Assembly (NCBI GenBank): GCA_964537755.1
Contig: CAZIAQ010000002.1
Span: 43,567 to 107,566, forward strand
Reading direction: 5' to 3'
DNA from: an uncultured Cytophagales bacterium
Lineage (GTDB): Bacteria > Bacteroidota > Bacteroidia > Cytophagales > Bernardetiaceae
DNA length: 64,000 nt
Position numbers and translations under genes: made by a program
Part shown: positions 49,009-58,046 of the stretch, piece after piece
Layout of the letters: each line of letters starts with the position of its first letter
How positions within the stretch are numbered: position 1 is the stretch's first letter
Notes under the pieces: generated by a model
The model's database searches: none
What the model was told of the DNA's origin: nothing
Seen by the model: only the letters and a program-made list of their open reading frames with translations

Positions 49009-50199
49009 ATGAATTTCCTATCTTTCTTACTGGTGGTAACGTTGTCTTTGTTCTCGTTTTCTGGGGGGCATCCACCGGAGGAGCGGGTCGAAAAATCAGC
49101 TGATGGGCGCTTTACGATTGGTTATCAAGACCATCCACTGCTGTTTGGTTATCCGCATCGGTATTCGAGTTCACATTTTATCCTGCAAGCAGGGGCGCGG
49201 CTGGCCTCCAACTCACCGGATTTTTACCAGACACAACACCTGCTGGGCGAGCGCATCACACGGGCTAAGATCGTCGGGCTAGAAACAGAGGTAGGATCGC
49301 GATACATCGAAACGCACTTTTCTTTTGCCCAACTCTCCATCAAACAAAAACTTATCCCCGTAGATGCCCAGCTACAGCCCGTTCCGCTCGGCAAAGACGG
49401 CACGTACTACCGCATCGAGTACGAAATCACCAACAACGCCGACCGTCGCATACCCGTTGGGCTAAGCCTGATGCTCGATGCCAAAATCGAAGACAAAGAC
49501 AACTGCGTAGCCACCGGCGACGGGCAGTTGGTGATGCTCGACGAAGTATTTGCTTATCCGGCCATCCCCCGAAAAGTCGTCTTTCATCACGACCACACCA
49601 ACCCCACAGCAGCGCAGGCCATCGTCCTTACCCAGGAAACCGAAGATAGCCACCCCATGGATGCCCTCTGTGTGGGGCAGTGGGCCTACCTAAGCAACAT
49701 CTTTAGGCTCGATACCAGCGAAGGGGTCATGCAATACACCGACGATAGTGCTGTCTTGATGGAATGGAAACCCTCCGACCTCCCCCCCAAACAAACCCGT
49801 CGCTACGTCGTGCATCTGGGCGGCCCCAGCGGTAAAGCCCTCAATGCACAGGCGCATACCCCCAAGAAAACACAAAGCCTCGAGGTTTTCTTTGAGGTCA
49901 ATAGTGCCAATGTCAGCGAAGAAAGCAAAAAAGAAATCGAAAACTTCATTAAAGCCAACCATTATGCCGGACTTTCTGCGTTCTTAGAGGGCTACGCCGA
50001 TGCGACGGGCGATGTACAACAAAATCTACATCTAGCCGCTGATCGTATTGATGCCGTTTCTTTTGTCTTGCAGATGCTCGGACTGAAATACGATCATATC
50101 CTGACCAAAGCCCACGGAGAGTTTTTTGCCAATGAAGCAGATACCCGGCCCAGCACCACCACCAAAGATCGGAAAGTACGCATCACAATATGGCGTTAA
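49009..50199 (+). CDS. Secreted protein with C-terminal OmpA-like domain
   Basis: Signal peptide MNFLSFLLVVTLSLFSFS. C-terminal LEGYADATGD...ADRIDAV OmpA_C-like block. Confidence 0.55.
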   Translation: MNFLSFLLVVTLSLFSFSGGHPPEERVEKSADGRFTIGYQDHPLLFGYPHRYSSSHFILQAGARLASNSPDFYQTQHLLGERITRAKIVGLETEVGSRYIETHFSFAQLSIKQKLIPVDAQLQPVPLGKDGTYYRIEYEITNNADRRIPVGLSLMLDAKIEDKDNCVATGDGQLVMLDEVFAYPAIPRKVVFHHDHTNPTAAQAIVLTQETEDSHPMDALCVGQWAYLSNIFRLDTSEGVMQYTDDSAVLMEWKPSDLPPKQTRRYVVHLGGPSGKALNAQAHTPKKTQSLEVFFEVNSANVSEESKKEIENFIKANHYAGLSAFLEGYADATGDVQQNLHLAADRIDAVSFVLQMLGLKYDHILTKAHGEFFANEADTRPSTTTKDRKVRITIWR

Positions 50200-50233
50200 T
50201 TTTGATGCTAGTTTTATCAAACATCCATGACCT

Positions 50234-50902
50234 ATGAAATATCACCTGTACACTTTTCTCCTCCTGATCGCTTGTCTTGCTTTACCTTGCCTGAACGCCT
50301 ACGCCCAAGATGACGAACCCGATGGATGGGCAAACGATCCCCTAAAAAAACCCAAAATCTGGCAGACCCTCAAAGAAGATCCCACCGATGCCGCCGCCTG
50401 GGAAGCCTACATGGGATCTCCCGTGAGCAAACTCTCCGACAAAGACCTCGGACGCTATGCCAGTTGGAAACAACAACTGATGCTCCAACGCCTCACCGAA
50501 AACGAAGCCATCGTAGGACTGGTGATCTCCGATCAGATGATGGATGACTTTTTTATTGACGAACAGGCCTTTACCGAGTTTGATCGCCTCATCAAAGAGA
50601 CCCTAGCCTCATCCGAACCAGGTATCACCCGAGCCGACCTGGCAGGTGTAGAAGCCATCATCATGACCGAACGCGAAGACCTTTCCTATCTCAAGCGAAA
50701 CATCAAACAAAACTTTGCCATCATCGAAGATGTCTATCAGGAAATATTTGCCGAATACAAAGTAGAATATGAGTTTTATCAAGACAAATATCCCGACGGC
50801 AGCTATAGCCAAACCAAATGGATCGAAGACCATGAAATCAAACTCAAGCAACTTCGTGATGACCAAATCAAAAAGTTGCAGAGCCGATACAAAGTAGATT
50901 AG
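50234..50902 (+). CDS. Hypothetical secreted protein
   Basis: Signal peptide with AYAQ cleavage region. Acidic helical protein. No recognised motif. Confidence 0.35.
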   Translation: MKYHLYTFLLLIACLALPCLNAYAQDDEPDGWANDPLKKPKIWQTLKEDPTDAAAWEAYMGSPVSKLSDKDLGRYASWKQQLMLQRLTENEAIVGLVISDQMMDDFFIDEQAFTEFDRLIKETLASSEPGITRADLAGVEAIIMTEREDLSYLKRNIKQNFAIIEDVYQEIFAEYKVEYEFYQDKYPDGSYSQTKWIEDHEIKLKQLRDDQIKKLQSRYKVD

Positions 50903-51759
50903 ATAATCATCTTCCCGATCGGGACAACCAGGATGCCCTCGGCACCGGCCGTGCGAAGAGCGGCTATTTTTTCCCAAAAAACATCCTCCTCAATCACCGA
51001 GTGCACCGAATACCAGCCTTTGGTTGCCAGGGGCATCACCGTGGGGCTTTTGAGACCCGGCAAAATGGACAAAATCGTATCCAGTTGATCCTCCGGAGCA
51101 TTGAGTAAGATGTACTTCCGCCCCTCCGCCCGACGAACCGACTGAATCCTAAACCGAAGCTGATCCAAGATCGCCTGACGCTCGGCACTCAAGCCGTTTC
51201 CGGCAATCAAGACAGCCTCGGACTTAAAGATGGTCTGTACTTCTTTGAGTCCGTTGCTCAACAGGGTGCTACCCGAACTCACGATGTCGCACACAGCATC
51301 TGCCAGCCCAATGCTCGGCGCAATTTCTACCGATCCGTTGATAAAGTGCAGCTTAGCCGTAATGCCCTGCGCCTCGAGGTAGCTCCCCAGCAGATGCGGG
51401 TAGGAGGTAGCGATCTTTTTGCCGGATAGGTCTGCGATGCCGTGGTAGGTCGCCCCGCGTGGAACGGCGATGGAGAGCCGGCACTTCGAGAAGCCCAGGC
51501 GTTCGAGTATCTGTACGGACTGTTGTTTTTCTACGACGACGTTTTCGCCCAGGATACCCACATCGGCTACGCCGTCCTGGACGTAGGCAGGGATGTCGTC
51601 GTCCCGCAAAAACAAAATCTCAATCGGAAAATTATGCGCCACTGCCTTGAGTTTTCCTTTTCCTTGCTGAAACTGAATGCCGCATTCGCGTAGGAGTGCA
51701 TCTGATCCTTCACTCAGCCGCCCGGACTTCTGGACGGCTATCCGTAGTTTGTCGGACAT
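50899..51759 (-). CDS. hisG: ATP phosphoribosyltransferase (long form)
   Basis: 286 aa. HisG conservation including the C-terminal regulatory domain. Confidence 0.85.
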   Translation of the reverse strand: MSDKLRIAVQKSGRLSEGSDALLRECGIQFQQGKGKLKAVAHNFPIEILFLRDDDIPAYVQDGVADVGILGENVVVEKQQSVQILERLGFSKCRLSIAVPRGATYHGIADLSGKKIATSYPHLLGSYLEAQGITAKLHFINGSVEIAPSIGLADAVCDIVSSGSTLLSNGLKEVQTIFKSEAVLIAGNGLSAERQAILDQLRFRIQSVRRAEGRKYILLNAPEDQLDTILSILPGLKSPTVMPLATKGWYSVHSVIEEDVFWEKIAALRTAGAEGILVVPIGKMII

Positions 51760-51807
51760 ATCGCTTTGTTGATTTGTTGGTTTGATGACCGGTGAAGGCG
51801 CAAAGAT

Positions 51808-51845
51808 AAAAAAAAGAAACGCTCCCCCGGGCAGAGAAGCGTTCG
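51808..51845 (-). terminator. Possible rho-independent terminator downstream of folP
   Basis: Hairpin aacgct(51818-51823)...agcgtt(51838-51843) with an A-run at 51809-51815 (a U-run on the minus strand). Confidence 0.35.
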
Positions 51846-51949
51846 TTAAGCGGTAGTAAGTTGTAACCTTAGTTATCAGAATTTCGACAAAGATACTTGA
51901 CTTTTCGAGAGCAAAACATCAATCTTTCTGATGGTCAGATAACTAAAAT

Positions 51950-52798
51950 CTATGCCTTTCCCCGAAAGGCAACCCAAAGTTGGACAGCCTCCCGAGCCGC
52001 TTTTACGTCATGGACACGCAAGATATGCGCCCCTTGCTCCAACGCAAGCGTATGCAGGACTGTGCTGCCGTTGAGGGCCTGCTCGGCCGTGATATGGAGC
52101 ATCTTGTAAATCATCGACTTGCGAGAAAGCCCCACCAAAAGAGGACAGCCCAGCAGGTGCAGCTCGGGGAGTTGGCGCAGGAGTTGGAAGTTTTGGGGGA
52201 TATTTTTGGCGAAGCCAAAGCCCGGATCCAGGATCACGTCGGATACGCCCAGGCGACGAAGTTGTACCAGACGAGCCTGTAACTCCTCGATGATGTCCAG
52301 GAGCAAATCCTCGTACTGGTTGAGGGTCATCATCGTTTGGGGTGTCCCACGTAGGTGCATCAGCACATAAGGGACGCGCAGACGGGCTACGGTCTGGAAC
52401 ATCTGCGGGTCTAGGCTACCCCCCGATACGTCGTTTATCAGCACGGCTCCTTCCCCGACGGCTACCTCGGCCACCGAAGCCCGAAAGGTATCCACGGAGA
52501 TATGCGCCTCCGGAAAGGCTTGTACCAATGCCTGTATCGCCTCGCGCACCCGCCGCTGCTCCTCCGCTACGGGTACGGGGCTAGCCCCTGGGCGGGTGGA
52601 GTAGCCTCCTACGTCCAGGAAGTCGGCACCTTCGTTGAGCATCTGCTCGGCACGCCGTAGAAGTGCCTCGGTTTGGGACACTCGGCTGCCAGCAAAAAAA
52701 GAATCGGGGGTAAGGTTGAGAATACCCATCACCTTGGGCCTATCCAGAGACATCAGGGAGCCGCCCAGGCGCAGGCTAAAGGCAGACGGGCTGGTCAT
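51950..52798 (-). CDS. folP: Dihydropteroate synthase
   Basis: Pterin-binding motifs MGILNLTPDSFF and DFLDVGGYSTRPGA. Start overlaps the upstream stop as TGATG. Confidence 0.85.
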   Translation of the reverse strand: MTSPSAFSLRLGGSLMSLDRPKVMGILNLTPDSFFAGSRVSQTEALLRRAEQMLNEGADFLDVGGYSTRPGASPVPVAEEQRRVREAIQALVQAFPEAHISVDTFRASVAEVAVGEGAVLINDVSGGSLDPQMFQTVARLRVPYVLMHLRGTPQTMMTLNQYEDLLLDIIEELQARLVQLRRLGVSDVILDPGFGFAKNIPQNFQLLRQLPELHLLGCPLLVGLSRKSMIYKMLHITAEQALNGSTVLHTLALEQGAHILRVHDVKAAREAVQLWVAFRGKA

Positions 52799-53235
52799 CA
52801 GAAGGGCAGGTCATCCGCGCTGGTGGGCGGGGGCGGAGGCGGGGGCGGGGGTGCGCTGCTTGTTGTTGCGGGCGCGAACGCAGGGCTACTGCTCTCTCCG
52901 GCCGCTGCTTGCAGCGCAAAGACTTTAAGGGAGTTAAACCAACGCATGGGTTCTGACGGCGAGCGTTGCCAACTGCGCCCTTCGATGGCTACGCGGGCCA
53001 GCACCTGGTCGCCTTCCTTGTAGCTATCCAGGAGATCGCATTTGTCCTGGACGAGCTGTAGCAGGATTTCTTGGGGATAACGATCCTCCTCCACGTGCAA
53101 GACAAACTCCCGTTTTTGGAAGCGTTCGGAGACTACCTGCGTATCAAATTTCTTGATGATTTTTCCGGTAATATCAATGGTAGGCATACAGAGAGAATGT
53201 TTTTTTTGAACAAAGGTACAATTTTTTGTGGGCAT
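52798..53235 (-). CDS. DUF3127-family protein with C-terminal polyproline tail
   Basis: Core MPTIDITGKIIKKFDTQVVSERFQKREFVLH resembles DUF3127. Tail APPPPPPPPPTSADDLPF. ATG overlaps the stop of the upstream TIR gene (TGATG). Confidence 0.5.
   Translation of the reverse strand: MPTKNCTFVQKKHSLCMPTIDITGKIIKKFDTQVVSERFQKREFVLHVEEDRYPQEILLQLVQDKCDLLDSYKEGDQVLARVAIEGRSWQRSPSEPMRWFNSLKVFALQAAAGESSSPAFAPATTSSAPPPPPPPPPTSADDLPF
52822..52853. repeat. Imperfect G5C-type hexanucleotide simple repeat encoding the polyproline tract
   Basis: ggtgggcgggggcggaggcgggggcgggggtg; encodes PPPPPPPPP on the minus strand. Confidence 0.6.
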
Positions 53236-55709
53236 CACTCCACGGTAGCTTCCTTAAACTCCTTTTCGATCAACTCGCGCAGGCGTTGCTTGACTGCCGG
53301 ACGAATGACCCCAATGGCAGCCATATCATCGACCGCCCGCTGGAGGTCTTTTTGGGCTTGCTCGAGTTTCTTTCGGAGTTCCTGGAACTTTTCGATCTCG
53401 CGTTGCTCCTGGGCCGAGAGCCTGCTTTTGGCCTGCCGTTCTACCTGTACGCGCTCCCTGACCGCCTGCTGGCGTTGGGAGATGGCGATGCCTGCTTTTT
53501 GGAGGGCGGCTTCGGCATTGGCTCGGGCCGTTTCTACTTCGATTAGGGCATTTTGGAGGCTGATTTCGGCTTCGAGAGATTTCTGGAGGGCGCGTTCGGT
53601 CTCTTCGGTTTTGAGGCGGGCTAGCTTTTCGGCTTCTTCGGCTATGGCTAGGGCGGCACTGGCCTCCGTGGTACGCTTGTAGGCAATGCTGCCAAAGACA
53701 ATGGCCACCAAAAGGGCTACACTGATGATAACCAGGGAGATGTTCTGCCGTCGGACGCGCTTCTGGGCCTCCCGTACACGGGCGCGTTCGAGGTCGAGGA
53801 GGCGACGCTCCTGGGCTTCCTCCTGCTGGCGCGTCCATTCGATGACCTCTTCGCTTTTGGCAATGAAGGATTCCTGGAGGGGGGTGGGGGCGGGTTTTTT
53901 GTTGCGGCGTTTGGCATCTTCGAGCCACTCCTTGGCAATCGTGAACTCACTGCCGCGCAAGAGAAAGTCTTCATTTTGTCCGTTTTGGCTCCACTGGCGG
54001 GCCTCCTGCTCCCATCGGGTGTGGCTACGGACATGATCGCTGTCGGCATCGAGTTGGCGGATGAGCTGACTGAAAGCGTCGTGGAAGTCCATCTTGTCGC
54101 GCTCAAAATCAATTTGCGTGGTTTGGCGCAGGCGGTCAGGCATCTGCCAGGGTGGTACTTCGTCGTAAATCAGGGTGATGATGCGCTTGCCCAGGGTTTG
54201 GGCGTGGGCGAGTTCGGCTTGGGTGTCGGTGTTTTCGACGGATTTTTTGGAGAGGATAAAAACGACGTTATCGGATTCGAGGATAGCCTGCTCTACCTCC
54301 TGACGGAAGCCCTCGGAGGAGTTGGTGTTGATGGTTTCTTGATCGAACCAGGTGTTTTTGCCGTGGATTTGTAGTTCTTCGTTGAGCCGTCGGACAAAAT
54401 CGCCTTCGTTGGAGGCATAGCAAAGAAAAACATCGGTGCGGATTTGTCCTGTCTTGAGGAGGCTTTCCTGGATGAAATCTCGGTGGAGTTGGGTGGGCTT
54501 ATGGTCGGCTCTGCGTTCGCCGATGTCGAGCCAGGCTTGGGCTTCTTGGAGGGATTGCCCCTGGAGCAAGATGCTATCGTTGCGGTTTTGTTGTTCCCAC
54601 TTGAGGGCGCGGGCTAGGAGTATTTTGTGTTGGTGGTAGTAGGTTTGGTCTTTTCTGATTTCCTGGATCAGGTCTCGGATGTCGATCTGGAAATGCTCTT
54701 CGTTTTCGTTGTCCGTGAAATCGACGCGCTTGAGGGAGCGCACCGAGCGGGGGATTTGGTAATCGTCCACAAACTCCACGAGCAGGGGGATGATACGCTT
54801 TTGGTTCTTGATCGCTGTTTTGAGTTCTTTGAGGCACTCGACAGAAACGACGGACTCGGTGGAAAGAAAAAAGATGAAGTTATCCGAATGCAGGATACCC
54901 GTCTTGGCGGCATCGCGGGCGCGTTGTCCGGTTTTGATGTCGGCTTCTGTCCAGGTCGTGATGCTTTTGCGGTGCAGGGCGGCCGTGATCTGCTCCCGTA
55001 GCCGGCGGTCGGCGGGCGGGGAGGAGATAAAGACATCGGCCATGAGGTTTTCGGCGTTCTTTCGGGATTCGCAGATGTACTCGCATTGTAGGTCGGTGGG
55101 TAGGCAGGGGGTTTGCTCTTTGCGAAAATCCGTCAGGAGCCATTTGAGGGCTTGTTCACGGTCGTCTCCGGCAAGTAAAAACTGGGGGCGACGTTGGTTT
55201 TGGTTCCAGCGGATGGCTTCATTGAGGATATAGGTATGCCAGGCGACGTACTCCTGGTTGCTCTGGAGAACAGCTTTGAGTGCATCAAATGCTCTGGCAA
55301 AGTCGTCGATGTCCTCCCACTGTTCAAGGGGAAGATTGGGATCATACTGCTGCCTAAAGTACAGCCAGTTGAGCTTCGAGATCGTGGGGTGCATCTGATC
55401 CCAGTCTTCTTTTTGCTGGGGTTCGATGTGCAAAATCGGGATGATGCGCTTACCCAGCCGGATGGCTTGCAGAATTTCTTTGAGGCAATAAACAGAGCGT
55501 AGGGCGTGCGGGGCGATGATAAAGATGAAGTTGTGGGCCTCCTGAATGCCCTGGTCGATTTGGGTCTGGAAATCTACCGCCAGCGGGATGTCATTCTGAT
55601 CGAACCACACGGCATAATCCTCTGCCCTTAGCCAGTCGTGGATTTTGGTAGCGAAGGCTTTGCTTTCCGCGCGACCATAGGAGATAAAAACATCTTTGAA
55701 ATCCGACAT
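53235..55709 (-). CDS. Membrane-anchored protein with three tandem TIR domains and a C-terminal coiled coil (paralog of 11926-16056)
   Basis: N-terminus VFISYGRAESKAFATKI...VWFDQNDIPLAVDFQ...YCLKEILQ is nearly co-linear with the other TIR gene. Second and third TIRs follow (ECLKELKT, TQAELAHA). Then a TM segment ISLVIISVALLVAIVFG and an Ala/Glu/Gln-rich coiled coil. Confidence 0.8.
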   Translation of the reverse strand: MSDFKDVFISYGRAESKAFATKIHDWLRAEDYAVWFDQNDIPLAVDFQTQIDQGIQEAHNFIFIIAPHALRSVYCLKEILQAIRLGKRIIPILHIEPQQKEDWDQMHPTISKLNWLYFRQQYDPNLPLEQWEDIDDFARAFDALKAVLQSNQEYVAWHTYILNEAIRWNQNQRRPQFLLAGDDREQALKWLLTDFRKEQTPCLPTDLQCEYICESRKNAENLMADVFISSPPADRRLREQITAALHRKSITTWTEADIKTGQRARDAAKTGILHSDNFIFFLSTESVVSVECLKELKTAIKNQKRIIPLLVEFVDDYQIPRSVRSLKRVDFTDNENEEHFQIDIRDLIQEIRKDQTYYHQHKILLARALKWEQQNRNDSILLQGQSLQEAQAWLDIGERRADHKPTQLHRDFIQESLLKTGQIRTDVFLCYASNEGDFVRRLNEELQIHGKNTWFDQETINTNSSEGFRQEVEQAILESDNVVFILSKKSVENTDTQAELAHAQTLGKRIITLIYDEVPPWQMPDRLRQTTQIDFERDKMDFHDAFSQLIRQLDADSDHVRSHTRWEQEARQWSQNGQNEDFLLRGSEFTIAKEWLEDAKRRNKKPAPTPLQESFIAKSEEVIEWTRQQEEAQERRLLDLERARVREAQKRVRRQNISLVIISVALLVAIVFGSIAYKRTTEASAALAIAEEAEKLARLKTEETERALQKSLEAEISLQNALIEVETARANAEAALQKAGIAISQRQQAVRERVQVERQAKSRLSAQEQREIEKFQELRKKLEQAQKDLQRAVDDMAAIGVIRPAVKQRLRELIEKEFKEATVE

Positions 55710-55816
55710 AAAGCCTTACTTTTGTCTGAAGATCAAAATTATTAAATTTTTTTGAATTTACGCCACGATCATTTTTCTTTGTCTGCTTCAACAAAAAAAT
55801 AGAGACGGCCCACTTT

Positions 55817-57337
55817 TTGTTTTTTACATTCGTTATGTTACCATCCGCACATCCGATGCACCCCCTGCTGCTGCGCTTCCGTGAGCCTGATACGGAGGAG
55901 CAGTACGCTTGGTTTGCACTGCCCTCCGACCTACGGATGCTCCGCACGGCGGCACTTTTGGGGGCGATCATTTACGGGTCTTTTGCCGGGCTAGATTTTT
56001 TTCTGCACGCCAACGACTTTGCTGCCCTGGCATGGGTGCGCCTGGCTGTCGTTGCACCGTTTTTGTTGGGCGTTTGGGCCTGGACTTACCTCCAAAAGAA
56101 CGCGACACCGAAGGTCTTGCAGTGGGTAGCTTTTTCGAGCCTGTTGGTAGCGGCGGCGGGCAACTTCATCTTAGCCAATATTGCCGAGTTGGCGCATTTT
56201 TATTTGGTCAGCATCACGACCATCGTGTTGTTTTTGGGCTATACCATTACGGGCATCCGCTTTGAGCGGCTGCTTTGGTTTGGCGTGGGGATTCTGGCGG
56301 CTTTTCAGTTTTATGGCTTGCAGGTGATGCACGTGGATTTGCTTGAGCTGGGCTACGAAGACATTATCTTGTTTTGTGTCAATGCCGTAGGTGTGCTGGC
56401 CAGCTATGTCATTGAGCGCAGCCGGCGCTTTCAGTTCCTGGGGCAACTGCTCGTAGAAGAACAAAAAAACGAAATCGAACAACAAAACGAGGAAATCCGC
56501 CAACAAAACGAAGAAATCAACACCCAAAAAGAAGACCTCGAAGAGAAGCATCACCTCCTCGATCAGCGCAACCGACAGGTCATGTCCAGCATCACTTACG
56601 CCAAGCGCATCCAACGCGCCCTCTTGCCCGAACATGCCCGCATAGGAGAACATTTCCCAATGTTTTTTGCTTTTTTTAGACCTAAGGATGTCGTATCGGG
56701 TGATTTTTATTGGTTTGCTGTTCAGAAAAACTACCAATTCCTCGTCCTGGCCGACTGTACCGGGCATGGCGTTCCGGGCGGCTTCATGACCATGATCGGT
56801 AACATGCTCCTCCAACAGATCATCGCCGACAACCACTGCTGGGAAACCGATCAAATCCTACACCAACTCGACCAACGCCTAGCCCAGACACTCCACCGCA
56901 AATCCGTTGATAACAAAAAGGTATCCGATGGGATGGATATGGCCATCTGTCGCGTCGATCAAAGCCAGAGCCGCCTGCAGTTTGCCGGAGCCAGACAGCC
57001 CTTATGGCGCGTGCGCCAAGGGCAAATCGACACCTACAAGGGCGACCGTGTGCCTATCGGGAGCTGGGGCGATAAAGCCAAGCATTTCACGGCACAAGAG
57101 ATTGACATACAGCCCGGGGACACCTTCTACATGACCTCCGACGGTATGCCCGATCAGTTTGGCGGCGGAGCCATTCCCACCAAATACACCGCCAAACGCC
57201 TGCGCCAACTCGTTACAAAAATTGCGGATCAGGAAGCTGCCACTCAGGAAACCATCTTATCCGAGACCTTCGACGACTGGCGCGGCAAAGAAAAGCAACT
57301 CGACGACGTACTCATCCTTGGGTTTAGACCCAGGTAA
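55817..57337 (+). CDS. 7TM-receptor domain fused to PP2C (SpoIIE-type) phosphatase
   Basis: Seven N-terminal TM helices. Coiled coil (QQNEEIRQQNEEI). C-terminal PP2C block AKRIQRALLP...GDFYWF...DCTGHGVPGGFMTMIGN...DGMPDQFGG. Confidence 0.65.
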   Translation: MFFTFVMLPSAHPMHPLLLRFREPDTEEQYAWFALPSDLRMLRTAALLGAIIYGSFAGLDFFLHANDFAALAWVRLAVVAPFLLGVWAWTYLQKNATPKVLQWVAFSSLLVAAAGNFILANIAELAHFYLVSITTIVLFLGYTITGIRFERLLWFGVGILAAFQFYGLQVMHVDLLELGYEDIILFCVNAVGVLASYVIERSRRFQFLGQLLVEEQKNEIEQQNEEIRQQNEEINTQKEDLEEKHHLLDQRNRQVMSSITYAKRIQRALLPEHARIGEHFPMFFAFFRPKDVVSGDFYWFAVQKNYQFLVLADCTGHGVPGGFMTMIGNMLLQQIIADNHCWETDQILHQLDQRLAQTLHRKSVDNKKVSDGMDMAICRVDQSQSRLQFAGARQPLWRVRQGQIDTYKGDRVPIGSWGDKAKHFTAQEIDIQPGDTFYMTSDGMPDQFGGGAIPTKYTAKRLRQLVTKIADQEAATQETILSETFDDWRGKEKQLDDVLILGFRPR

Positions 57338-57905
57338 CCTTCTCCGAAATCGGGCTGCGCGGGCTGGCTTCGGGTAGGCTCGCCGGATAACCCAAATAGA
57401 AAAAGCCCAGCAGGCGGTCTTTTTCGCCTAAACCAAAATATTCTTTGGCGGCTGCATAATACGTAATCCCACCACTCCCCCAGTATCCACCTAAGCCATA
57501 AGCTGTTGCACTCAAATAGATATTTTGCACGGCACAAGCGACGGCTTCGATCTCTTCGATCTCGGGGACGCGCTCACGGGGGTCGCGCTGCATCGCGATA
57601 GCGATGATATGGGAGGCTTTGAGGGGTTTTTGGAGGAGCTTTTGGTAGGTCTTTTCGCTAAATTTTTCTGCCGGCGTGTGGGTTTTGTAAATCTCCGCCT
57701 GGGCTTGGGCGAGTTGCTCCCGTGCAGTTCCCGCAAAGACAAAGAAACGCCAGGGTTCGGTTTTTTTGTGGGTAGGCGCACGATGGGCGTTCTCCAAAAT
57801 CTGTTCAACGATAGCATCGGGGATCACCTGATCCGTGAACTGGTCAGGAAATACCGAACGTCGGCTATGAATCAAGTCGTTAATGAGGGCGGGATCAAAA
57901 GTCAT
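57324..57905 (-). CDS. Nitroreductase-family protein
   Basis: N-terminus MTFDPALINDLIHSRRSVFP (RRS motif) and C-terminal flavin-binding region typical of the NADH/FMN nitroreductase fold. Confidence 0.6.
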   Translation of the reverse strand: MTFDPALINDLIHSRRSVFPDQFTDQVIPDAIVEQILENAHRAPTHKKTEPWRFFVFAGTAREQLAQAQAEIYKTHTPAEKFSEKTYQKLLQKPLKASHIIAIAMQRDPRERVPEIEEIEAVACAVQNIYLSATAYGLGGYWGSGGITYYAAAKEYFGLGEKDRLLGFFYLGYPASLPEASPRSPISEKVTWV

Positions 57906-58046
57906 ATGCGGTTTTTGAATGTAAAGATACGCCAAAAAGATTTTATTTTTGTGGATTATCATCCGCCAAAAGTCTGGTGTTTGCTTAGCGGCTGAATACT
58001 TAAAAAAATTTATTACCTTGTCGGCCCAAAAAAATAATTTTTTTGT

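Noticed and set aside
48881-49075. Long N-terminal extension of the ABC ATPase ORF (no Met for about 65 codons)
   Set aside because: The conserved ABC N-terminus begins at SILEIQQLTKAY. A TTG at 48880 provides a plausible start. The extension overlaps the divergent promoter region and the signal-peptide gene start at 49009.
53326-53928. 200-aa Arg/Pro/Gly-rich minus-strand ORF and several + strand ORFs (53071-53682, 53686-54036)
   Set aside because: Overlap the coiled-coil-encoding 3' part of the second TIR gene in other frames. Extreme Arg/Pro/Ser composition. No support.
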